DNA from: Callorhinchus milii
Taxonomy: Eukaryota
Length of the DNA: 64,000 nucleotides
Reading direction: 5' to 3'
Assembly (NCBI RefSeq): GCF_018977255.1
Contig: NW_024704742.1
Coordinates: forward strand, 47,618,001 to 47,682,000
The first letter of the stretch is position 1. Every line of letters begins with the position of its first letter. Shown here piece after piece: positions 1 to 13,469 of this stretch. The notes under the pieces were generated by a model. The model had not been told where the DNA came from and ran no database searches. It saw only the letters and a list, made by a program, of their open reading frames with translations. A program made the translations under genes and the position numbers.

Positions 1-1407
1 TAAATTTTGTTAGTATTTTAAATTCTAAAATACAGTATTAAACATAGAATTTAAGTCAGTAAAGTATAGTGGGATGGGAGAGGGAGAGAAACTCCTACTG
101 CATTTACAATCCTTTATTTTCCCAGCAGCAAAATTATTCTAGTATCAGCAGTAACACACAAAATCCATATTTTATCAGCTCAGGTTTTCACAAGACTGAA
201 AGAAAACTGTGTTTGCTAAATTGAAGCAAAATAACAAGTATAAGACACAGTCAAAGTAATTGATGAATCTAATTTTCTTCTGCTTGTTGTAAACTGTCCA
301 AATGTAGTCTTGCAATTTGTGGTTCTCTAAAATCAATTGAATTACATTCATTCAAACTCGCTCTGAAAGTATAATCCTCTCCAACAATCTTCCAGATAAA
401 TACATTGGCCATTCACTTTATAGATGTTTGTTGGGCATTGATGTGCACAAATTGGCTGCCACATTTATAATATAATAATAATAATCTTTGCATTTGATAT
501 AGCGCTTTTCACGTCTTCTAGACGTCCCAAAGCGCTTCACAGAATATACTGTAAAGTGAATTGACTGTATATTTGTGGGCGAACGCGGCAGCCAATTGCG
601 CACAGCAGTGTCCCACAAATAGTCATGGATTGAAAATGACCAATTTATTATTTTATCTACAAAAACATAGTTACTACACTACAGCAAAGATAAGGGTACA
701 GATATCGATCACATTGTCAAGATATCTTAAAACATTTCACAGGTTTTACAGTAAAGTGCAGTGACTCTGTGTTTGTAGGTGAATGCAGCAGCCAGTATGC
801 ACACAGCTTGGAGATGAATGACCATTTTTGAATCCAGGGGCATTGGTAACTAGAAAAGCGGGAGAACTCCCTTCTGTCAAGTAGTTCATGGGATCTTTAA
901 TGTCCACCTGAAAAGACAGACGTCGGGACCTCAGTTTAAATTCACTTCAGAAGGGCAGCACCTCTGACAATGCATCGCTTCCCAGCACTGTGTTGGAGTG
1001 TTAACCTGGATTATGAACTCAAAAGTCCAAATGTGGGATGTGAACCCACAACTTTTTGACTCAGGCAAGAGTGGTACTAACTGAGCCATTCGTATATTTT
1101 TAACTATTACTGTTGTATTTTTAAAAGAATTTCTAACCATGTCTCCTTTTTATGTGGTCTCCCTAGATAGTTTGGATTTGTGTATTTGGGTATATGCATA
1201 GTGTATTTGTGCATAAACTAGGAGTAATAACAATACTTGTCACGCCAGGAGGACATTCCAAAGCACTTCCCAGGATATACTGTAAAGTACAGTGACTGTG
1301 TGTTTTGTGGGTGAACATGGTAGCCAATGTGTGTACAGCAATGTCCCGTGAAGTGAGTGACCATTTTTATTTCGGGGATTGTTGATGGGAGAAATTCTCT
1401 TTTTGAA

Positions 1408-1665
1408 TAGAATCATTGAATTATACAGCACAGAAGGAGGCCACCAAAGCGATCCAAATCAATCCCATTCCCCTGCTCTCTCTCCATAGTCCTGCAAACT
1501 TGTCCTCCTCAAATAATTATCTGCTTCTCTTTTGAAAGTTGTTATCGAATCTGCTTCCACCACTCTTTCAGGCAATGCATTCCAGATCCGAACAACTCGC
1601 TGTGTGAAACCATTTCTCCTCACCCCCCCTCTGTTTCTTTTAACAACTATTTTAAATTTGTGTCA
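1408..1665 (-). mobile_element. CR1 3' end
   Basis: Reverse complement gives ttcacacagcgagttgttcggatctggaatgcattgcctgaaagagtggtggaagcagattc and a CR1 tail. Confidence 0.75.
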
Positions 1666-4600
1666 TGCAATCTTTAATGTCCACCTGAACAGGCAGACAG
1701 GACCTTGGTTTAACTTCTCATCCAAAGGACAGCACCTTTGACATGTCATGCACGTCCCCCAAGTCCCAACCTAAAATGTGTTTAAAGGGAAATTACTTGT
1801 CGGTTTTAAAATTGTTTGAGCTGGAAGGTTTGTGGGGTTCTGTTTACAATGTTTGTGTAATTCCCTTATGTTACCCCCCTCCCCCCACCCCCACCCATCA
1901 CCAAGTCTAAAAATGTACATTGTTGGTGTTATTGAAAGGTGACCTTGTTTGATCAGGTCATTGCCCTGAGCTGGATCCTTCTTTGATTTTCATTCATCTC
2001 TCATGTTGATTGAGATCCCTTACTCATAATTATTCATAAGCTGATTGTGCATCAGCCTTAGGAGCACAAAGTTTGTTATTTAATACTATTATTATTGGTC
2101 TTTATCCACCTGGAAGAGGCATGTAGTGTTGGGGGAGTATTTGGTTTCCTGATGTCTCTTCAATTTTTAGTTATGATCGTCTTTTGCCTGGAATATGCCA
2201 AATATTTGTGGCACAGATACTGTATATCTTGTTGTGACAATGTTGGGCTAGACTGCACATTGTGGAAGGGATCCTCTTTCCAATTACTATTCCATGCAAA
2301 TTAGATAGAAAATGGAGATTACTGAAAGAGACCATTACCAGAAATGAGAGAAGCCTGTAGCGTGGACAATGTAACTACTATAATACTAAGTTATCATTTT
2401 ATATGTGCAAGAAAACTAGAAATAGTGTATAGACTCGAAGATATCTATCTGTTGGAAAACAAATTGTGATGGTAAAATTCTTGAATCTTATATTCTTATA
2501 ATTGTATGTCAAACCCTCTTTTTTCAGAATGAATGGATTGACTGATATCTTCAAATGGTCCTGAATATATTTTTCACATTCAGCCTTAAGGAAGTATTCT
2601 GTAATACTTGTATGCAGGTAAGTGATTTTAATTTTCTCGCTAATGTTTTTGAACATTTACAAACATTATGACATATTTTGAATGAAGGCCTGTATGAAAG
2701 CATTTTTTTAAATTTGTTTGGGAAAAAAATGTGTATTATGAAAATGCTGTCTAATAGTTGCATTAATATTTACACTGGTTTCAGTGACAGCTAAAATTGT
2801 TGTATGAGATTTCAGATGAGAGAACTTAGCATTATATTAAAATGTGCAAACTTTATTTCTCCTTGCCCATTCCTGTTTTCTTGTTTTACTACAACTTTTT
2901 GTAATAGTATGCAACTGCAAGTGAAATATAGACATGAACATTTAAAAAAAATAATTTTAATATTATAATAATCCTTAATTTGGTAAAGTACGTATCACGT
3001 TGGGAGGACATCCTAAAGCGCTTCACAGGATAAGCTGTAAAATGTAGTTAGTGATTGTGCTTTGTGTTCTCAGTGTAAGACAGAATAATTGATGCAACAA
3101 ATATTGGCCATTAAGTTACTGTTGAATAAAACAGTTGAATTACCAACTATCCCCATTACCAAACAGCCTAAAAGTGCCCAATTTAATTTCACCCAGGAAT
3201 ATTAAATCTGTAGAGAAAGAATTTTCACTAACTCATGGTAGATTGGATCTGAATTAAAGTTTTAGAGATGGTGTGGAAACCCACTGCATCACTTAGCTCC
3301 TGTCTCTCCCACCACCCCATAATGCTTGTCTAAGTAATACCTCACCTCTCGGTACAGTGCAGTATTAATTGTAACATGGTTGTTTGAATCTTTAAACTCA
3401 GACCCACCATTCTGAGGAGACAAGCTCAAAAATGTCTGCCAGTCAATTCTTCTGGAGTCATCAGGTCACCACTGACGCTTGTTTTGTGAATAGACCATAG
3501 GATTTGACGTCGGCAGCACTTCCTGCTAGCTCCATTTCTCATTGATATCAAGTTGATGCTTGACTCAGTTGCTTTCTGAGTCACAAGATTGTGAGTTCAA
3601 TCTCCATGTTGGGACATTAAACGTGTTTAATCTAGGCTGACACTCCAATGCAGTGCTGGAGTGCACTGCAATGTAGGAGGTGCTATCCTTCAGCTGAGAC
3701 ATAAAACAAATGTCCCATAGAGACATGTTCAGGTGGGGACACTAAGGATCCCATGGCAAGGGACAATTCAATAAAAGGAGTTTCTCCTGGTGTCGAGGCA
3801 AACAATCCCACCATTCATTTCATGGCTTTTGAGGAACTTTGGGGGATGGCTCCATTAATGTTGGTTGCCCTCCAGTACTTTATCCAAATGCCATTCTTCA
3901 TTTGGAAGCCTTGACAATTGGGTCAGAATTGTCACTTATGTAACTGTTGGCAAAGCAGCGCTGACAGCTGATTTGTGGTGAAATATTGGTCTTGTGTTTT
4001 TTCTTTTGTTGTTTGGTCACATTTACCATCTCTATTAGCCTTTATCAGCCTTGAAAAAAGGCTGCCATATTTACCTGTTTTGATTGGTAAAGTTGATCAG
4101 TCTTTGATTTATCGTTGCTATAGTTCACAAAAAAAATATTTTAAAAAAAGCTGCCTGCAGTATTGCAGCTTTTGCTTTTAAAATCTTCTAACCTTTCTAA
4201 TTTTAAACCAAATCATAATTATACAGTACTGAAGCTAGATTGCCAGTCATCTTTAATGTTTGTGTTTATGCAAATTTAATATCTGATTGTGTAGTTTAGA
4301 TTAGAAAATATTTTACTCCTATCATATCCAACAGTTTACTTTAGTAATTATCTCCATTAGTGGGTAGAGAGATTTTTGTTAATTAAATTCCAGTGTGGAA
4401 GCAGATGTTCTGCAGCAGTGGATTATAACCATAAAAAACTGCAAAATGAAAGTGCTAAGTCCGCTCCCCAGCATTAAAACCATCACCTGCCATTTCTCCG
4501 TGTCCTTATGTCAGAGATAATCCATAACATGCTAATTAAAGAATAGTGAGTGGGGGTCATTACAAGGTAATAATCACATTATTAATTCAGTTGACAGTGA

Positions 4601-4719
4601 CACAAAAATTCAAGTTTGCACACAATACCAAAGTAAGAACTGAAGCAAATAATGAATTGGAATGCAATCAGATTCGGAAGGTTTTAGCTCTTTTGGCAGC
4701 TGAACTGATCAGTGGCAGA

Positions 4720-5400
4720 TTCAGTTCAATGGAGATAAATGCAAATAATGTATTAAATTGAAAAGTCATATGGCACAGTGATCAGGAAAGAGATCAATGG
4801 GTTATGTTGGATAAATCACTGAATCCAACCAGTGCTTTGCATCAGTAAAATGGCAAATAAGTACTAGGTTGCATTGTCAGAATGATGAGAATACAAAGCA
4901 AAAGTGGTTGCCAGTATACAGTATTATTTTTTTGTGAGGAAATGGCAAGATCCATTCTGAAATACTTCAAGCTGTTTTACCCACTTAATCTTAAGAATGA
5001 TATTATTGCCTTTGAGAGAGTACTGTGCAGGCGTAAGCAAGCTGATACCAGGTTTTAAGAATTTGATTTACAAGGGAAGGTTAAGAAAACGTGGTAGTGT
5101 CAAGACTACGTGATAGAAGGTTTCAAGAGAATGAAGGGATGGACATGTTTTGATGCAAGCAAGTTGTTCAATGTGGTGCAAGTTTCAAATATGGAGGATC
5201 AAATTTAAATTTTTTTATGTGGGGGGGAAAGAAGGGAAGTTGGAAGGGGAGACATTTTTACAAACATGATAATAGACTTATGGAATAAAGTAGTAGGGAA
5301 AGGCATTGAACCAGGCAATATAAATAGGCCCAAAGAGGCAAACAGATTGCATTTCTAAAATGAGAAGGTATAAAGCAATACAGATCACAAGATAGACTTA
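4720..5400 (+). mobile_element. Old degenerate CR1 fragment
   Basis: cagttcaatggagataaatgcaaa...gcaaataagtactaggttgcatt...aagaatgatattattgcctttgagagagt...gatagaaggtttcaagagaatgaaggg, collinear with the CR1 ORF2 end. Confidence 0.65.
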
Positions 5401-6038
5401 GATAAAGAAGCCTCTCCAGCACATTTAATGTTGTTCTGGAGAACGTTACCTCCTTCCCATTACCACATCAAGCGGCTCTCAGCCATTCTTCTTGGTAATT
5501 TATTCCAGCTTTTAATTATCCTCTAAAGCCATACTTGCTGGTGTCTGCCCTAAAATTGCCCTTTAGATCTGCATTCTTGGTGTGGTGTCTTGATGATTAT
5601 GAAGGTACTGTTCTAGATTTTCTTGCTTTATCCCAAGAAGTAACTTATAGATCTATATTAATAATAATATCCTCCCATTTCAAAGAGTTCCTGTTAAATC
5701 AAAATGCCTGAAAGCTCTTTTGGTAATTGCTGTGACTGTTTGTTGCAAATAGATGTTCTGATGTCCTTTTCAAAGCTGAAGATTCCAATCGTGTTTTACT
5801 GTTCCTCATATCTCATCTGTTTGACACTGGAGATCACTGCCCTCACACTCCCCTCGTTCCCACACACCCTATTATCTTATTATTAATATTTAATACAAGA
5901 AATGGTCAGTTCTTTTGGGATTAATTACCTCTTGTTATCCTAAAGTTGTTGTGATCTAATTCTCCAGGGGAAATGCATTTCTTTAAAGACTATTTTAAGT
6001 AAGAATAGTAAATATATTTCTATGAGGAAATGAAGAAA

Positions 6039-7126
6039 CTTAGCGAGATCAAGACTAAAACACTAGATTTGCATCACCCTGCCTTCCGAGAGGACATTGA
6101 TGTGTTTGAGACGATTCTTTGAAGAGGAACCAGGGATGGTGAGGGGCTTAATGTTCCAAAGATATAAGATGCTCACAGAGTTTCACTTGTCCTTATTAGG
6201 GAAACAAGGGGCTCGATGGGGAACAGATGCAGATACTTAAAAGAATGATAGGCATAGAAAATGTAGATAACCGTATGCTGTTGCTCGGCTAGGTTCATAT
6301 AGTAATAATCTTATCAGTCGGGGCCATAACATTTACTATGACTTACCCGTAGTCCGATTTGCAGGCAAACTTGTAAAAGTTATCTAAATCGATTTAATCA
6401 ATAATCTACACGGCAGGTAAGTGCACATGCTTTGATGGTCAGGCCATCATTTCCCATGATTCAAGGCAGGCAGTACGTGCGGCAGAAATGGAGGATAGGG
6501 GAGCGGTGTTTTGAGTTAGGATATGATTAGCACGACTAGCGCGAAGAATCTAAGTGGTTTTGATAGGAAATTGAATTGGGTGCATGTACAACTTAGGCAA
6601 TAATATGATTTATAATGATGAGACTTGTGTGAGTTTTATTGTATAAAACCATATGCAATAAATCGCCAAAATGGGCTTAATTTTCTGCAAATGGGTGGAT
6701 ACAAGTGTTAATCGGATACAAGTGTTAATCTGGGTTGAGCCGGTGAAAGTTCATTTCATGACCTGGTCCTAACAAGACCTTCAGGAAATTATTTGAAAAG
6801 AAGTTTGGTTTCCCCAACTGCAAATGCTGTAAATAAAATTAGCCTCTGCTTCCCCTTGGCAACCTAACAGTTATTGAGCAACATGGTTGATAATGGGTAT
6901 ATTTTTATGAAAAAGAAAATACAGACCTCTAAACATTTAAATTTGCATGCATCAAAATACAACCGGTTTGTGTTTGAAAATTCAGAATGTTTAAGTGTTT
7001 CTTTTTAATCCATTAATAGAACATCCATAAAGTAGATCTAGAGGAAGCTTAGCGAGATCAAGACTAAAACACTAGATTTGCAGCACCCAGCCTTCCGAGA
7101 AGACATTGATGTGTTTGAGACGATTC
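6039..7126 (+). repeat. 79-bp direct repeat pair (6039-6117 and 7048-7126)
   Basis: CTTAGCGAGATCAAGACTAAAACACTAGATTTGCA...GACATTGATGTGTTTGAGACGATTC, 76/79 identical, offset 1009 bp. Confidence 0.9.
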
Positions 7127-10100
7127 GGTCAGAATAGAAACGCACAGGGTGACAACCGCATTTGTGTGGTTTTGTCAGCTCAGCGACATTTGTTTTTCTC
7201 TCTCTCCTTCCTCTTGGTGAAATGAGCCTGCAACAGAAGCAAACAATTTCACCACCAAGATGGAGGTAGACATTTTAAATGCATAGCTGCCTTGCTGCTC
7301 TGCTCTTTTTCATGTCTTCTCCTGCTGCAAAATGTGGCATAAAGCTAAACAATTTAATTCCTTGTTTATGATGGCAAACAGAAGCTGAATCAACAAAGTA
7401 AACTTGCAATTTAATTCCTTTTGCCAATATAAATATTTTAATAGACTTTGTTCCAAATTTCCTGCTAGAGTAAACGCTAGCAGCTTCCATATAATACATA
7501 ATAATCCAAATTTACAGTAACAGATTAACACTTTTTGAACCCAGTAATTTCACCTCCAACCTCTTGACTTCCGCCCACAATTTCAATGAGTCAAGCCTTA
7601 CGTATTGCTCTTATATGCCCGGTTTTTCGATGCTGTACACAAATGTTGTCGAGACATCCTGCATGCTCTTCGAGATATATTGGTTTTGCAGCAACTTTAA
7701 ATGCAAGACTATCTCAAGCAATCAAAATACCCATCAATTAAACTGCTGTAGTCCTATTGAAGTCATTGATCTTATGCACTTTTCATTTTCAGTTTTNAAA
7801 AAAAGCGTTCTCAGACTTCTCTTTTTACTCTCTTCTGTAGTTAGGTGTAATGAATCATTGCAAATTTGTTCCCATGGTACTATTTATACCATATTCAGCC
7901 CCGTATTTGGCACCCTTTTCCCAGCAAGTTACACTCGAATGTTGGTATCACGCTATCTTTTACATATATGTATCAGCACCTATCTATTGGGATAAGTTGT
8001 TCCAACATCACGTGGGCAACCATGCTATGTTGACTATACTTTAGTAACACTGATATAACTTCCACATAGACAAAAGCTCAAGCTCAGAAAGACAGAAGGT
8101 GAACAGATGGTTAAGATTTAATTACTTTACAGAGTGGTAAATATATGGAATATGTCATATTTGGAGCCATCAAAGGTGCATTATGTCCATAAATTCAAGA
8201 GGGAAATAGTTAATAATTTAAAAACAAAATGCAAAATACTGCAGATGCTGGAAATCCGATACGAAAACAGAAGTTGCTGGGAACACTCAGCAGGTCAGGC
8301 AGCGTCAATGGAGAAAGGAAAGTGAGTCAACATTTCGGGTCCACAGCCCTGACTCTGCACTGACCTTGAGACACGCTCCTTTTTTGTCCCCCCATGATCC
8401 AATTTAGAACATAAGAAAGCATGGTAAATTTGGGAGAAAAAAGGCAAAATACTGCAAATGCTGGAAATCTGAAATAGATACAAAAGTCGCTGCAAACTCT
8501 CAGCAGATCACAGCATCTATTGAGAGAAGAAAGTGAATAAACATTTCAGGTCGTTGACCTTGTCGTTCTGATGAGAAAGGTCATTAACCTGAAATGTTAA
8601 CTTACTTTCCTCTCTCCGTAGATGCTGCTTGACCTGGTGAGTATTCCAGTCGACTTTTGTTTCTCTGGTAAATTTGGATGCAGGTAAAGGTTTGGCATAG
8701 ACCCATAGAAATATACAGCACAGAAACATGTACAGCAAATGTCCATTCGGACCATCATGAACAAGGATAAATGCTCTGGTTCCTAATTAAGCAAAAATTC
8801 CATCCTCACACCTTCAGTATTCAAACCTTGCTTCCTTCCCTCTGCAGGTAAGATTTTCCCCTCCTCCCATAGAACCCACAGCAGGATAGAAGTCATTGTG
8901 CCCCATATTTCACATTATAAATCTTAATGTGCATTAATTCCTTTATCTTTCAATAGTGTTACCCAATTCTATTTTTTAAAGGAATTAATGAAAGCCTCTT
9001 CAACTAATTTTCACAGTCTTATATCTACCACTCTACAGGGAAAATAAATATTTTCTAATTAGCTTGGACTGGAATTTCAAGCCACAAAATGCTTTTATTG
9101 CCTGATTGTTATCTTGGAATTTAATAAAGATCTCACCACACTTATTCCCTGAAAAGGCAATCACTCAGTTAGTAGGTTGGAGTGGATGGGGTATACAAAA
9201 GGTTAAAATATCCACCTCCCAGAGATGAGTAAGGAATACATCAATGAAATTAGTGCAAATAATCAATGCAGCTGAGTTCTGAAGGGCTCCGGTTTCCGTC
9301 CCTCGAGGACAAGTTCTTAAAGTGCTTCAGAACTTATTGACAGCAAAGGAAATCAGCAATATTTGTGGTTCTTTAATCATAGTTCATGTACCAAAAAACA
9401 ATTTGGTCACTCATTCCATGACTGTTTGTGGGATACTGTTGTACACGATTGACTGACGTGTTTCGCCCACAAAATATACAGTCAATTCATTTTACAGTTT
9501 ATTCTGTGAAGCGCTTTGGAGCCATCTTAATAATGTGAGAAGGCGCTATATCAAATGCAAGGATTATTATTATTAAATGTTGGGAGGCAAAATGATGCAA
9601 ATATAAGCAGGCTTTCTGACTTCAAACTCAAACATAAAACTAGAGGGCATATGATCACCATTAAAAATCTCAATTGGGATGCAACTTCAGAGCTGCCTAG
9701 AATCTCAGAATAAAAATATTTTCTCACTAATTTTAAATGTCGTTTAGGTGAAGCTAACTTCATTAGCAATATTCCTGAAAGTAATGTACAAAGACTAAAT
9801 ATTCAATCTTAGATAAACACACATTTCCATGTTTATTACAAATGTATATCGCCTTGTTAGAAGATCCTAAACCATAACAGTCCTGATGCACTATTTATGA
9901 TAGAAAGAATTTAATTTGTTTCAAAATCTGTCTGCTTGTCACTGTCCAAAACGTAAGTTTCAAAATGATGTACGGATTATTGGAGTCCTGCTGGATTGGT
10001 GCCACAACCTAATCAATGGTTCTGGTTCTGTTTGTCAATAAATGATTCCTATGCTACTGTTTAATGAAAGCACGAAGGTTGTTTATTGACTAAGAGCCTG

Positions 10101-11079
10101 AGCAGTTGACAGTTATCTCACTATGGTTTAGGAATTAGATTTAACTCTGAAAAGATTTGACCATGCTGCTGTTGCTGGAAATGGTTGTACTAGAACAATA
10201 TTGTTAGAATTTAAAGGTATGTAGCATATAACGGACCATTGTAACTTTTTTGTAATTTTACATTTTCTTTACTTGAATTGAAAAGTTTGAAGTAATGGAA
10301 GGTGGAAAGAATCAATAGTACATACTAAAAGCTGGCATCATTTTCTTATTCCTTCATGGTACTGAGGAATCTCATTGTAACTCGGTCCTGTGTCCAATAG
10401 ATTAGAGGTTGAGTTATAATTCGAGTTTAAAAATGTCCAGAGGTGGTCAAAGACACTGGGAGAAATAGACTTTTTTTTAAAACTTATGTTGCTCTGTTTA
10501 ACTATGTTTATGATTTTATTGTAAGTAAATCCAAGGTACACTACTTTTTATCTCCCTTTATTTTTAGAACATTATATTCCTGAAAATGGTACATTGTTAT
10601 GAACGTGTTAATTATTTTTCTTTACAACTTGTCTGGATTCCAGTGGTACAGAAAATAAATACTCTTGTTTGTTTTATTACTGACCGCCTCCTCATCTGGG
10701 CAGTCAACTCGGCCTTTTGTGTTGCCATACATTTTTCTTAAATGAAAATTGAACGAAAAACCTATGAATTACTACTTGATTAGGAGATGTTTAAAAAGCA
10801 CTATTTCTGTTCTGACCATCTGCTATTTTGTATAATCCATATACTTTGGACCAGAGATGCACAGATGGTGAACCTGAGTACAAATTCAAACCTTTAATAC
10901 TTTTCTTCCCTCCAGAGAATTGCTTGGTATACAGAGAGATTTCGGCTTAATTTCACACTTCCACTCTCATTTTCTGTTTACTTCACACCCTCTTCAACAC
11001 TGGGGAATTGTTTTTCAAATCTCACCTATAATGTGTTTCCTGAGTAATAGGTTTTAGTTTAACAAGCTAACTAATTGCT

Positions 11080-12190
11080 TCCCCAGTGCCTCAGTTGATA
11101 TAGATGCTAGTGTGAAAATGGGTCGTCCAGGCTTGGAAGTGCCCACGTTAGATTCCTGATCTCAGCTGAGTTATCAGTTGAACAGTAAAAAGCAGTAGTC
11201 ACTGCAAGTAGCTTCAGGGTTCCTGTTCGTGTGACTCATGTTGTGAAAATGTGGGTGCTGGTGAGGGTAGCATCAGGCAATTGTCTCCTCTTCCATGGTT
11301 GAATAGCTTGGCAATACTTGCTGTCAAAGTTCACATCTGAAGAATGGCCACACGGTGAAATTATTAGGTGGTCAATGCCCTGGAACCTTAATCCAATATA
11401 AATCACCTTTGGCAAGTGAAAACAAAGGGAACAGGAAATAACTTCTCCTTTCATTAATGTTAGAAAGTGTTGAATTCATTCAAAAAAACTATTTATTTGT
11501 CGCTATAATTATTGTTTTAACTAAACAATTGAGCCACGTTTGTTATGATGTGACTTTATTGTGAGTTTGTTGCTGTTATCCATTTCAACAAAGTTTGTCG
11601 TAGACACCCTCAATTTTCAATTAAGGGGGATAATTCAAATCTCAAGGAATGCAATAAGAGACTGAGACCATTAATGCTTTCTTCTAAGAAAAATGTTTTT
11701 GTAATGGTTTTAACCTTAATTTTAGTATTCTGCAAATTGTATGTTAAATTTGTTAAACAATTCTATTTCAGCTTTTTCTCTATCTTTTTCTCTGTTGACA
11801 TTTCTGAGTGAAAAACAGGACTTGTTCATTGGATAAGATCATGACCCAGTGCAGCACACAGCCATATAAAGCAGAAGGGCACAGGTTCAATTCCCAGGCA
11901 GTGATGAGATATCTAAATTCAGTTGGGATGTTCCAATTAGCCTTTTGCCCTTGGATTAGGGAGGAGCAAAGCCAAATGTGTTTCCTGAACTTGATTGTTA
12001 TCCAGTGACTCCTTCTAGACCAACACATCTGTGGCCATTATGTGAGGACAGAACCGGGCACAGGTGCAGTGCCTTTCGCAGTTAAGCAGTCTAAGTTAGC
12101 ACACAATGAATGGCCACTTGAGCATGAAACCAGAACTTAATCCCAACGTGCATCAGTAACTCATGGAAGAAGTGAGCAAATTGGATGGGG
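11080..12190 (+). mobile_element. Two degenerate copies of a second ancient SINE-like repeat (about 11080-11430 and 11830-12190)
   Basis: Shared blocks such as gtgagg(g/a)...gaatggccac and a B-box-like aggttcaattcccagg; a related inverted piece lies at about 34380-34550. Confidence 0.45.
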
Positions 12191-13219
12191 AAAAGGGGTT
12201 GAGAAATTAAAGGGTTGAAAAAGAGGGCTGAGAAATTAAAATGAAATAAAGAGGAACAACAACAACAAATTATATACTTTCACGTCAGGAGGACTTACTC
12301 TGTTAGAATGCAGCAGTAGGGGCCCATAAATTTTCAATTAGCAGTGTAACAAGAGGAGATTGGTAGTCGTTGCTTCCGCACTCACTACACATGCACATGG
12401 AATGAAGCCCAACTGCATCAGTGTTTCAAATCACAGTCTAACGCACACAAGCCAAAGTGATGAATGTCTAGTCATCATCGCAAATACAATGCGTGAAGTA
12501 ACATTGCTTTTTTTTTGCGTGGTTTCCATGTTATAATGAAGTACCTTATAACGAAGTTCTACTGTACTGTGAAACACTGGGGCAACTCATAATTATAATG
12601 ACAGGAAACGTGAAAATTAGCATTTTGCTCAAGATTAGCATTATGTTAGATCACTAAATAAATATCTGACCAGATTTAGTGTTTGTAAATTTACAATATA
12701 AAAGTTATAAAAGCCACCAGTGAACAGAAATGTATATATCCTTTCATCACATTGAATTTTCACTATCCTTTTTGTATATGATTCGACAGTGAGTATTGAC
12801 AGGATACTGCCAGGTGGGAGGGGGAGATGGTACTGCAGCTACGCCTAGTTCTGTTTTCTATTGAAGTTCACAAATGAATTTTCCTGACAGACTCATTTGA
12901 AAGTCATCAGTAGCAGAAACTCCCATCTGATTTATTTCCTCTTCTAGATGCGCCACCACCATATTGGCTAAAATCAGTAAGAACTTCTGTGTGCCTCTGT
13001 CTTAAAAAAAATCCTCTATCAAAAAATTCCACAATGCTCAAAAAAATCCTCTCTCTTACATGTGCTCCAATCCTCCTGCTGTTCCTCCTCCTCTTCATCA
13101 TCATTCTCCTCTTCCCCATCCCCAGGCACCGATATCAGGAGAGCTAATGAGAAACCTATGACATCAAGCAGTCAAGGATGTTGACCTCAGCAGCATCGTC
13201 TGCTCATTTCTAAATGTTC

Positions 13220-13385
13220 TCTTCAGCCGAGCCTTCTGCTCCCCTCTCGACTCTCTACCCCCTCCTCGCTCCCTCCCCTCACCCTGACCATTTCCCTCCT
13301 GCTCGGGTCCCGACCCAACTGTCCAGCGCCTTGGGACGTCTCCCGACTTGAAAGGTGCTCTATAAATACAATCTTGTTGTTGTTA
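13220..13385 (+). mobile_element. L2 LINE 3' tail
   Basis: ctgtccagcgccttgggacgtctcccgacttgaaaggtgctctataaatacaatcttgttgttgtt, similar to 49150-49220. Confidence 0.75.
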
Positions 13386-13469
13386 GTCATATCAAGGGAA
13401 AGATGTTCACCATGTGTGAGCAGTTACAGTCTTGTTACAATATGATGCCAATGTAAGGAACAGGGAAAT

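Noticed and set aside
418..618. Recurring short ORFs like [22 protein letters not shown]... (also 20961-21143, 34042-34335) suggesting a peptide family
   Set aside because: They are translations of SINE copies, not genes.
2399..2656. Minus-strand ORF with faint resemblance to TMEM156 (EYF, KNFT..C), a KLHL5 neighbour in mammals
   Set aside because: Only a few residues match and no exon structure is supported; tblastn would be needed.
6039..7126. LTR retroelement reading of the 79-bp direct repeats
   Set aside because: No TG..CA ends, primer-binding site, polypurine tract or target-site duplication, and the repeat itself looks CR1-derived.
9275..9335. Stem AGTTCTGAAG/CTTCAGAACT with an inner GTCC/GGAC hairpin, hammerhead-like
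   Set aside because: No correctly spaced CUGANGA and GAAA core on either strand.
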